Below the pieces are notes generated by a model. That model saw only the letters and a list, made by a program, of their open reading frames with translations, was not told the DNA's origin and searched no databases. DNA of 23,963 nt from Erysipelotrichaceae bacterium. Its GTDB lineage: Bacteria; Bacillota_I; Bacilli_A; Erysipelotrichales; Coprobacillaceae. Of this stretch, positions 1 through 6,521 are shown piece by piece. The DNA is taken from contig JAQVDW010000025.1 in NCBI GenBank assembly GCA_028698185.1, forward strand, positions 1-23,963, written 5' to 3'. How positions within the stretch are numbered: the stretch's first letter is position 1; each line of letters starts with the position of its first letter. The position numbers and the translations under genes were made by a program.

Positions 1-53
1 CCTTTTTTCCATATTATTTTACAATTTCACACTAGTAAACCAAAAATAAAAGT

Positions 54-61
54 TGTATAAT
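54..61 (+). promoter_or_regulatory. Candidate -10 element (TG + TATAAT) for the diguanylate cyclase gene
   Basis: TATAAT at 56-61 is immediately preceded by TG (54-55). No good -35 lies at 17 bp (TAGTAA at 33-38). It sits about 110 nt upstream of the GTG start at 169. Confidence 0.35.
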
Positions 62-107
62 GTAACCAAATTTAACGGACGGTACGTTAAGTTTCACAAT
101 AGGTTAC
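62..107. promoter_or_regulatory. Nested inverted repeat (operator or 5' leader stem) directly after the -10
   Basis: The layout is GTAACC(62-67), AAATTTAACG(68-77), loop gacggta, CGTTAAGTTT(85-94), cacaata, GGTTAC(102-107). This gives a 10-bp inner stem with one G-U, plus a 6-bp outer stem. Neither strand has a T-run, so it is not a terminator. Confidence 0.4.
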
Positions 108-168
108 ATCAGTCTAATAAGTTCTGGTGTCGATAATCTTGTTTATTAATGACTAAGGGGAGATAGTT

Positions 169-1653
169 GTGTTTGATAAAATAAAGGAAATATTACAGAA
201 ACCGTTTCATCATAATAAGGCGTTGATCAAGGGTGGGGCTGACCAGGTAGCCAGAAACAATCTGGCCATCATCAACCAGTCTGGTGTATTGGGTTTTGGA
301 ATCACCATTCTTTTGTGTCTGGTCACGCCGTTTCTTATTCCGGAGTGGTTTGTCACAATCGGGCATGTCCTTATAGCTCTCAATTACCTGTTTTTCACAA
401 TCCTGTCCAGGTACCTGATCAAAATAAAGGTGCGGGATGTCAAAGCGATCCGGCTTTTGACTGACAGTTATACGTTCATATCGCTGATTCTTATTGCCTA
501 TATCAACACCATCCCTTATCCCGACAAGCCGGGTACCTTGATGGCTTCAATGATGATTCTCAGTGCGGCCCTGTTCACCTACTCGATCATGGAGGCGACA
601 GTGATATTCACGGCGATAATGGGGGCGTTTGTCTACCTGACATTCGCATTCAAGGCGGATGTTGTGATCGGTGAGGATCTTTTTATGGTGATGTCCGGCT
701 ATTTCTTGTCGGGAGTTGTTTTTTTGATAGTGAACAAGCTGCGTTACAAGGAGTTTGTCTTGAAGAACCACTATATCATGTTGTCTTCATATGACGATCT
801 GACCGGGGTCCTGGCGAAAAAATCATGCGAGGATGCCTGCAAGGAATATCTCGACTACCGGACAGAAACGTGTTGCGCCGTGATTGTCATCGATGTCGAC
901 AACTTCAAAAGCATCAACGACAGCTACGGCCACTATTGCGGCGATCTGGTCTTGAAGACGGTTGGCGACCAGCTCCAGAAGGTCTTTCTCGACACCGATG
1001 TCATCGGGCGGATCGGTGGGGATGAATTTCTGGTGCTGATGAAAAACATCAATGATATCGAGGTGATTTACAAGAAGTTGCAACATTTCAATCAGGTTGT
1101 AAAAGAGGCTGTCTTCACACAGCTCGATATTCCAGTCAGCCTGTCGCTTGGCGGTGTGACTACGGGCTATGAGCCTGTGGATTTTACAACACTGTATCAG
1201 CTAGCCGACCAGATGATGTACGCGAACAAGCCGTCGCAAAAAAGCATAACCGTCAGAAGCGTCAAGGAACTTGAAGGGCAAAGCAAAAGCAATGATGGAA
1301 AAATATTTTTAAGTTGTCACCAGGTAACATGTGACTTTTTCAAAAGCCAGCTTGACTTCGAGTGCGACCTGGTCGATATATTCTCATCGCCGATGGACTT
1401 CAAGCTGCCTGTAAAGGATATCGCCGACATCGCTGCGGTGGTCGTTGATTACCATCAGCTTGACGATGACCAATACAGTTTTCTTGAGCGTTTGAAAGAC
1501 AACCGGCATACAAAAGAGCTCCCAGTGCTGCTTGTCAACGCCGGTGATGAAATCAAAGGGGATCTTGAAAAATTCATATCCCATCATATAAGCTATCCCC
1601 TGACCAGGGAAAAACTGGAACAATATATGATGCACCGGAAAAATGTGGGCTGA
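169..1653 (+). CDS. Membrane diguanylate cyclase: about 6 TM helices, a GGDEF domain and a C-terminal degenerate receiver-like domain
   Basis: 494-aa ORF with a GTG start 6 nt after AAGGGGAG (155-162). The N-terminal 200 aa are hydrophobic. The motif 'RIGGDEFLVLM' has GGDEF at nt 1015-1029. The last ~115 aa follow a (beta-alpha)5 CheY-like pattern (see findings). Confidence 0.85.
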   Translation: MFDKIKEILQKPFHHNKALIKGGADQVARNNLAIINQSGVLGFGITILLCLVTPFLIPEWFVTIGHVLIALNYLFFTILSRYLIKIKVRDVKAIRLLTDSYTFISLILIAYINTIPYPDKPGTLMASMMILSAALFTYSIMEATVIFTAIMGAFVYLTFAFKADVVIGEDLFMVMSGYFLSGVVFLIVNKLRYKEFVLKNHYIMLSSYDDLTGVLAKKSCEDACKEYLDYRTETCCAVIVIDVDNFKSINDSYGHYCGDLVLKTVGDQLQKVFLDTDVIGRIGGDEFLVLMKNINDIEVIYKKLQHFNQVVKEAVFTQLDIPVSLSLGGVTTGYEPVDFTTLYQLADQMMYANKPSQKSITVRSVKELEGQSKSNDGKIFLSCHQVTCDFFKSQLDFECDLVDIFSSPMDFKLPVKDIADIAAVVVDYHQLDDDQYSFLERLKDNRHTKELPVLLVNAGDEIKGDLEKFISHHISYPLTREKLEQYMMHRKNVG

Positions 1654-1657
1654 TGGC

Positions 1658-1688
1658 TTGACATGGACTTATAGCGTTATTGTATAAT
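1658..1688 (+). promoter_or_regulatory. Sigma-A type promoter with a 19-bp spacer (MerR-type architecture) for the merR-flavodoxin operon
   Basis: TTGACA lies at 1658-1663 and TATAAT at 1683-1688, both perfect hexamers. They are separated by 19 bp (1664-1682), with TG at 1681-1682. The ORF-track ATG at 1687 lies inside the -10, which supports the ATG at 1711. Confidence 0.6.
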
Positions 1689-1710
1689 GATATCAAGACG
1701 AGGTGATGAT

Positions 1711-2106
1711 ATGTTGATATCCAAAGTTGCTAAGAAATTTGATTTGAGCGTGGACACGATCCGTTATTATGAAAAGGCCGGTCTGATCGATCCTGTGGCC
1801 AAAGACGCCAGCGGGAACAAGGACTACCAGGAAAAGGAGCTCCGCCGGATCAACTTCATCAAGTGCATGAAAGCGGCGGGACTTAGCATTGAGAATATCA
1901 GGAACTATGTTGATTTGTTCCATGAAGGTCTTGAAACTATCCCCCGGCGCAAGGAGATCCTGGAGAACCAGCTTGTGGAGCTGGTTGCGAAAAAAAAGGA
2001 ACTCGATGAGACAATCGCGTACCTGCGCCAGAAGATTGAAAACTACGAACAGACTTTGATCAAACGGGAAATCGAGAATTACCATCCCGATGAAGAAGAA
2101 GTGTAG
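1711..2106 (+). CDS. MerR-family transcriptional regulator, NmlR/AdhR-like subfamily
   Basis: ATG at 1711 follows GAGGTG (1700-1705) by 5 nt. The N-terminal HTH is 'ISKVAKKFDLSVDTIRYYEKAGLI'. 'INFIKCMKAAGLSIENI' has a single Cys at residue 52, and a C-terminal coiled coil follows. The ORF-track start at 1687 was rejected. Confidence 0.85.
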   Translation: MLISKVAKKFDLSVDTIRYYEKAGLIDPVAKDASGNKDYQEKELRRINFIKCMKAAGLSIENIRNYVDLFHEGLETIPRRKEILENQLVELVAKKKELDETIAYLRQKIENYEQTLIKREIENYHPDEEEV

Positions 2107-2116
2107 AGGTGACATC

Positions 2117-2611
2117 ATGAAAAAGACATTGATTGCCTATTTCTCTTTAGAACACAGCGAACCGGTGGGAATAACCCATGAAGTAGCCCTTGATATCCAA
2201 AAGCTTACGGACGGAGATCTTTTCAGGATCGAGCCGGTCGATCCGTATCCGGAAACTTTCAAGGAAGTGAACAAGGAAGCAGCCTTGAAAAAGCGGGAAA
2301 ACATCCGGCCGCGATTGAAAAGGTATCTTGACAATCTGGATGGGTATCAGACTGTATTTCTGGCGTATCCAAATTATTGGGGGACTATGCCAATGGAGGT
2401 CTTCGCCTTTGTCGAAAGCCTTGATTTTACCGGGAAGAAAGTCTATCCCATCTGCACCCATGAAGGCAGCGGTCTGGGTTACAGTGTCATTGATTTGAAG
2501 AATATGATCGGTGAATCCGTGCTCGGCGAGGCACTGGCGCTTGAAAAAAGCCAGATTGCCAGCGGCGGAGGATCGCTAAGAAAATACATTGAAGGTATTT
2601 TTGACGATTGA
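2117..2611 (+). CDS. Flavodoxin-family protein (flavodoxin-like fold, FMN-binding type)
   Basis: ATG at 2117 follows AGAGGTG by 5 nt and starts 11 nt after the merR stop. Recognised motifs are 'KTLIAYFS', 'DLFRIEPVDPYP', 'VFLAYPNYWGTMP' and 'ICTHEGSGLG', typical of ~165-aa flavodoxin_4-type proteins. Confidence 0.75.
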   Translation: MKKTLIAYFSLEHSEPVGITHEVALDIQKLTDGDLFRIEPVDPYPETFKEVNKEAALKKRENIRPRLKRYLDNLDGYQTVFLAYPNYWGTMPMEVFAFVESLDFTGKKVYPICTHEGSGLGYSVIDLKNMIGESVLGEALALEKSQIASGGGSLRKYIEGIFDD

Positions 2612-2681
2612 AAAGGCGGTTTTTGGCCGACGTTTTCCTGAGGTTTGGATTGCTCCCCAAAAACGACCGATATTTTAAGCG

Positions 2682-2733
2682 GGCCCTGTTTTTCTCGCGC
2701 CAGATATGCGCGGTCAAACAAGGGGCTTTTTTT
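2682..2733 (+). terminator. Compound intrinsic terminator of the merR-flavodoxin operon
   Basis: The outer stem pairs GCCCTGTTT (2683-2691) with AAACAAGGGGC (2716-2726), with one bulge. It encloses the inner stem CGCGC(2696-2700)-cagatat-GCGCG(2708-2712). A T7 run follows at 2727-2733. Confidence 0.6.
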
Positions 2734-2940
2734 GTGATTTATGATCAGTTTTATCCGTTTTTCAGTGACTTCGCTTTTTGCATCAGGTGTTTTTTGGTGT
2801 CGGGAAGAAGCCTGAATTTCAATAATGATGTTATTGTTGCCATCCGTGAGGTGCTGCTGTAAAACAACAATGGCACAAACAACTTCATTTAAATAGAAAC
2901 AAGCGCAATAAAACTAACTTATTATAATAATAATATTCTA

Positions 2941-2969
2941 TTGACTTAATAATTTTAACATGATATATT
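2941..2969 (+). promoter_or_regulatory. Promoter of amt-glnK
   Basis: TTGACT lies at 2941-2946, followed by a 17-bp spacer and TG-a-TATATT (TG 2962-2963, -10 at 2964-2969). An AT-rich block upstream includes the perfect 12-bp palindrome TTATTATAATAA (2919-2930) and looks like an UP element. The start codon is about 40 nt downstream. Confidence 0.6.
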
Positions 2970-3009
2970 TTTGTTACGTTATAAGGCGACAAAAATGGAG
3001 GATGGGTAA

Positions 3010-4251
3010 ATGATAGACAGTGGCAATACAGCGTTTATGATCATATGCAGTGCGTTGGTTTTATTTATGACATTTGGTTTGGCTTTTTTCTATGGCGGTC
3101 TGGTAAGAAGGAAAAACGTCATCAATACAATGATGATGAGCGTATCGGTTATCGGCATTGCCGTTGTGATGTGGGTGGCTTTTGGTTATTCCTTGTCTTT
3201 TGGTCAGGACAGCTTCGGGATAATCGGCACTCTTGACCATATCGGTTTCATGGGGGTTGAGTTTTCCGTCAGCGACTATGCACCAACGATTCCCCATGCT
3301 GTATTTGCGGCATTCCAGATGATGTTTGCCATCATCACTCCGGCAATCATTACCGGTGCCGTGGTCGGTCGGATGCGATTCAAGGCGGTAATCGCCTTCA
3401 TTGTCTTGTGGTCGCTGTTAGTCTACTATCCTATGGCCCATATGGTCTGGGGTGAAGGCGGCCTGATCTTGAATATGGGAGCGGTCGATTTCGCCGGTGG
3501 TGACGTTGTCCATATCTCATCTGGAGTTTCGGCGCTGGTCTTGAGCATCATGCTTAAAAAACGTCATGCTTATGGCGCGGCGAATTACCGGATCCATAAT
3601 GTTCCTTTTGTGGTTCTGGGAGCGGGGATGTTGTTTTTCGGGTGGTTTGGGTTCAACGCCGGAAGCGCTTATGCAGCTAATCAGCTGGCGGCCCAGGCGA
3701 TGATGACAACGGCAGCATCGGCCGGTGCGGCAATGCTTTCATGGATGGTTTTGGACCACATTTTCACAGGCAAAACGACATTGATCGGAGCGGCGACCGG
3801 TCTGGTAGTCGGGCTGGTTGCAATCACTCCGGGTGCGGGATTTGTGCCGGTTTGGGCCTCATTGATTATCGGCGCCCTGGGAAGTCCGGTTTGTTTCTTC
3901 ATGATCTCGATTGTGAAACACAAGTTTGGCTACGATGATGCTTTGGATGCCTTTGGCTGCCACGGGGTGGGGGGCATATATGGCGGTCTGGTTACCGGGA
4001 TATTCGCCCAAAAGGCCATCAATGGCGTGGCTCGATGGGACGGTTTGCTTTATGGGGATTATCATCTGTTTTTGGTTCAGGTTTTGGCGATCCTGCTTAC
4101 AATCGCAATCGCGGTTGTCGGGACTGTGATCTGCGCCAAATTGGTATCGATATTTATTCCATTGCGTGTTAGTGTTTATGAAGAAAAGATCGGTATGGAT
4201 AAATCGGAACACAACGAGACGGCATATCCTTCTTTTAATGGATTGGACTAG
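3010..4251 (+). CDS. amt: Ammonium transporter (Amt/MEP family)
   Basis: 413 aa, with GGAGG (2997-3001) 8 nt upstream. It has about 11 TM helices. Family signatures are 'DFAGGDVVHISSG', 'FGWFGFNAGS' and 'DDALDAFGCHGVGG'. Confidence 0.95.
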   Translation: MIDSGNTAFMIICSALVLFMTFGLAFFYGGLVRRKNVINTMMMSVSVIGIAVVMWVAFGYSLSFGQDSFGIIGTLDHIGFMGVEFSVSDYAPTIPHAVFAAFQMMFAIITPAIITGAVVGRMRFKAVIAFIVLWSLLVYYPMAHMVWGEGGLILNMGAVDFAGGDVVHISSGVSALVLSIMLKKRHAYGAANYRIHNVPFVVLGAGMLFFGWFGFNAGSAYAANQLAAQAMMTTAASAGAAMLSWMVLDHIFTGKTTLIGAATGLVVGLVAITPGAGFVPVWASLIIGALGSPVCFFMISIVKHKFGYDDALDAFGCHGVGGIYGGLVTGIFAQKAINGVARWDGLLYGDYHLFLVQVLAILLTIAIAVVGTVICAKLVSIFIPLRVSVYEEKIGMDKSEHNETAYPSFNGLD

Positions 4252-4263
4252 GGGGACGTTGAG

Positions 4264-4608
4264 ATGATAAAAATCGAAGCTATCATTCGTAAGGAAAAGT
4301 ATGAAGAAGTCAAGGATGCATTGAGTGCAATCAAAGTCAGTGGGATGACTGTCTATGAAGTGATGGGCTGTGGCGCCCAGGGCGGTTATACCGAACTGGT
4401 TCGCGGGAATATTGTGGAAATAAACATGCTTCCCAAAATCAAATTTGAGATTCTGGTATCGAGCGAGGAATGGGAAAAGAAGGTGTATGATACAATAGCG
4501 AAAGTTGCCTACACCGGCAACAATGGGGATGGTAAGATATTCAGCTATGATTTGCGAAATGTGATGCGGATCCGTACAGGAGAAACTGACACCGAGGCAA
4601 TCAACTAA
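4264..4608 (+). CDS. glnK: P-II nitrogen regulatory protein (GlnK/NrgB type)
   Basis: 114 aa, starting 12 nt after the amt stop. The motifs are 'MIKIEAIIR', 'GCGAQGGYTELVRG' (T-loop) and 'GDGKIFSYDL...IRTGE'. This is the canonical amt-glnK pairing. Confidence 0.93.
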   Translation: MIKIEAIIRKEKYEEVKDALSAIKVSGMTVYEVMGCGAQGGYTELVRGNIVEINMLPKIKFEILVSSEEWEKKVYDTIAKVAYTGNNGDGKIFSYDLRNVMRIRTGETDTEAIN

Positions 4609-4630
4609 GGCTCGATTGAGCCTTTTTTTG
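4609..4630 (+). terminator. Intrinsic terminator after glnK
   Basis: GGCTC(4609-4613)-gatt-GAGCC(4618-4622) followed by T7 (4623-4629). Confidence 0.75.
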
Positions 4631-4631
4631 T

Positions 4632-4659
4632 TTGATTTCGAGGCTGTTCGTGTTAGAAT
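4632..4659 (+). promoter_or_regulatory. Candidate promoter of the DUF1294 gene
   Basis: TTGATT lies at 4632-4637, followed by a 16-bp spacer and TG-t-TAGAAT (-10 at 4654-4659). The ORF-track TTG start at 4632 coincides with the -35. Confidence 0.45.
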
Positions 4660-4676
4660 GGCACGGGGTGAACACT

Positions 4677-4949
4677 ATGGAAACAATATATGTGGGTCTG
4701 TTCTATCTAGCGGCCGCAAACCTGGCGGCATTTATGGCCATGGGAATTGATAAAAACAGGGCGAAGAAAAACCGGTGGCGAATAAGGGAGTCGACCTTGT
4801 TTTTGATTGTCCTTTTGGGAGGCGGGCCTGGCGGTCTTGCGGGAATGCATGTATTCCGCCACAAGACAAGGCACTGGTATTTCAGGTACGGTTTTTTAAC
4901 AATAACACTAGGCGAGGCTTTGATTGCCGGCTATTTCCTGACAAAATAA
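4677..4949 (+). CDS. DUF1294-family small membrane protein
   Basis: ATG at 4677 follows GGGGTG. The sequence 'GIDKNRAKKNRWRIRESTLFLIVLLGGGPGGLAGMHVFRHKTRHWYF' matches the DUF1294 signature (RIxE...GG..G...FRHKT). Confidence 0.8.
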   Translation: METIYVGLFYLAAANLAAFMAMGIDKNRAKKNRWRIRESTLFLIVLLGGGPGGLAGMHVFRHKTRHWYFRYGFLTITLGEALIAGYFLTK

Positions 4950-4971
4950 AAGATCCCCATGGGAGCCCTGT

Positions 4972-5442
4972 TCAATTGACTGCGTGGTCGATTGGGTGGT
5001 ATTTCCAGATGTTGTAGCAGGTTTCATCGTCGCAAAAGTTGTTTGCCAAGGTAAAGCCGCAGCTTTTGAAAAACTCGTTTCCAAGCAGGAACTGCTCGAG
5101 ACACTCGCATTTGATTTCGAAATACTGGCTGGTCTTCATTGCAATCATATCGTTCAAGAAGCGGCATGCCTGGCTTTTCTGGCTTGTCTTGAAGTTAAAG
5201 ATAAAGTATTCAATCAGATTTTTATTCCAGCTGCAGATTCCGATTATTTCATTGTCGTGATAGAAGACGAAAGTATTGTCGAGGTTCTTGAGAATGTCCC
5301 GGCTGATTTCCTGGTAGTTGAAAAAATCATCGAGAACCTGGGCGTTTTTTTCCAATGAATAGTAACTTTCCACGGCCGCCTTGACGGCATTGGTCAGTTC
5401 GACCTGACAAATTTCGTTAGCGCATTTGAGATGAAAGCACAT
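4972..5442 (-). CDS. Cys-rich hypothetical protein with a weak GNAT-like (acetyltransferase-fold) pattern
   Basis: ATG at 5442 lies 6 nt after AAAAGAGGG. The ORF-track TTG at 5490 has no SD. 'NEIIGICSW...IEYFIFNF', 'CRFLNDMIAMKT' and 'FFKSCGFT' resemble GNAT beta4-alpha3 and the C-terminal 'Y.K.GF' motif, but the Q/RxxGxG/A CoA loop is absent. There are 10 Cys in 156 aa. Coding status is likely, while the product call is weak. Confidence 0.55.
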   Translation of the reverse strand: MCFHLKCANEICQVELTNAVKAAVESYYSLEKNAQVLDDFFNYQEISRDILKNLDNTFVFYHDNEIIGICSWNKNLIEYFIFNFKTSQKSQACRFLNDMIAMKTSQYFEIKCECLEQFLLGNEFFKSCGFTLANNFCDDETCYNIWKYHPIDHAVN

Positions 5443-5588
5443 AGACAACCCTCTTTTCTTGATTTCATGATAACCAATATCGAATTCCAATACAAATGAT
5501 ATGCACGGGCTTTTTGACCGGGGCCAGAATGGTGGCTGATGTTTGGGCGGTATTATGGGATGTTTGAGTGGGAAAAACGTTTGATTAA

Positions 5589-5597
5589 TGTTAAAAT
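5589..5597 (+). promoter_or_regulatory. Candidate extended -10 promoter for pflA
   Basis: TG(5589-5590)-t-TAAAAT(5592-5597). The -35 at 17 bp is poor (TGGGAA). The predicted leader is about 114 nt. Confidence 0.35.
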
Positions 5598-5612
5598 GTA
5601 ACTGAAATTAAG

Positions 5613-5628
5613 GCGATGATATCATCGC
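5613..5628. promoter_or_regulatory. Perfect 16-bp palindrome GCGATGATATCATCGC in the pflA leader (candidate operator)
   Basis: Read directly from the sequence: GCGATGAT (5613-5620) and ATCATCGC (5621-5628). It lies 16-31 nt downstream of the candidate -10. Confidence 0.4.
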
Positions 5629-5643
5629 TTGATAAATCAAAGA

Positions 5644-5669
5644 AACATGACATGGCATTGCGTCATGTT
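5644..5669 (+). promoter_or_regulatory. 8-bp stem hairpin or dyad in the pflA leader
   Basis: AACATGAC(5644-5651), loop atggcattgc, GTCATGTT(5662-5669). No T-run follows. Confidence 0.3.
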
Positions 5670-5717
5670 CTATGGACAATAGTGGAATTGGTAAAAGACA
5701 GTAAAGGAGAAAAGACT

Positions 5718-6461
5718 ATGGAAGGTTATGTTCATTCAATAGAATCATGTGGGACGGTCGATGGACCCGGCTTGAGACTGGTTGTCTTTTTGCAGGGATG
5801 CCCGATGCGTTGCAAGTACTGCCACAATCCCGATACCTGGGAATTGAACACCGGCAGGAAGATGACGATTGAACAGATATTGCAGGAGTACAGCAAGAAA
5901 GCCAGCTTCTATGTAAACGGTGGGATCACCTTGACCGGTGGCGAACCGCTGATGCAGATGGAATTCGTAACGGAGCTTTTCAAGGTCTGTCACGATAAGG
6001 GGATCCATACGTGCCTGGACACGTCGGGGGTGACTTTCACGCCGGAAAACACGGCCCGTTTTGATGAACTTATGAAGTACACTTCATTGGTCATGCTCGA
6101 TATCAAGCATATCAACCCGGTTGAACATTTCGAGTTGACCCAGCAAAAAAACGACAATATCCTGGCTTTTGCGAGGTATCTGTCCGACAAGGACATCCCG
6201 GTGTGGATCCGTCATGTGGTTGTTCCGGGGATAACCCAAAACGACAAATATCTATACGAACTCGGGGAGTTTATCGGGACTTTGAAAAATGTCAAGGCGC
6301 TCGATGTCTTGCCTTATCATGTTCTTGGGGTGAACAAGTATGAGTCCATGAATATGGATTATCCGCTCAAGGGGGTCGAACCGCTGTCCAAAGATGACGC
6401 GATCAAGGCCCGCAATGTGATAATCCAGGGAATCAAAGCTGCTCGCAAGAAAAGCAAATAG
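5718..6461 (+). CDS. pflA: Pyruvate formate-lyase (glycyl-radical enzyme) activating enzyme, radical SAM
   Basis: ATG at 5718 follows AAGGAG (5704-5709). 'GYVHSIESCGTVDGPGLRLVVFLQGCPMRCKYCHNPDTW' carries the CX3CX2C cluster motif. At 247 aa the length is typical of PflA. The ORF-track start at 5616 has no SD and covers the palindromic leader. Confidence 0.92.
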   Translation: MEGYVHSIESCGTVDGPGLRLVVFLQGCPMRCKYCHNPDTWELNTGRKMTIEQILQEYSKKASFYVNGGITLTGGEPLMQMEFVTELFKVCHDKGIHTCLDTSGVTFTPENTARFDELMKYTSLVMLDIKHINPVEHFELTQQKNDNILAFARYLSDKDIPVWIRHVVVPGITQNDKYLYELGEFIGTLKNVKALDVLPYHVLGVNKYESMNMDYPLKGVEPLSKDDAIKARNVIIQGIKAARKKSK

Positions 6462-6521
6462 TGTTTCTGATTGCTTTTTTCAGGAATAGGAATCAATAAT
6501 AATGATTGGAGAAAAAAAGTT

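Noticed and set aside
2614-2800. Recurrent T4-T7 tracts, considered as phased bent DNA
   Set aside because: The tract spacing is irregular (roughly 10-29 bp) rather than helically phased. I cannot support curvature without computation.
2741-2815. 24-codon hydrophobic mini-ORF (MISFIRFSVTSLFASGVFWCREEA)
   Set aside because: No SD precedes the ATG, and it lies just downstream of a terminator with no promoter. The T-rich composition alone explains the hydrophobicity.
2608-2862. 84-aa ORF in the flavodoxin-amt spacer
   Set aside because: It has a TTG start overlapping the flavodoxin stop and no SD. Its Phe-rich sequence comes from the T-tracts, and it runs straight through the compound terminator at 2682-2733.
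2972-2991. TGTTA...GACA dyad between the amt -10 and SD, considered as a GlnR/TnrA box
   Set aside because: The spacing is TGT-N14-ACA (20 bp) rather than the 17-bp TGTNA-N7-TNACA, and the inner half-site bases do not match.
1687-5624. Shared 9-mer ATGATATCA just downstream of both the merR -10 (1687-1695) and the pflA -10 (5616-5624)
   Set aside because: GATATC-containing strings are frequent throughout this window, including inside coding regions. A single shared 9-mer is not distinguishable from chance.
5629-5640. TTGATaaATCAA, considered as an FNR/Crp-family site upstream of pflA
   Set aside because: The arms are right but the spacer is 2 nt instead of 4, so it is not a canonical FNR box. 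I kept it only as part of the dyad-rich leader finding.
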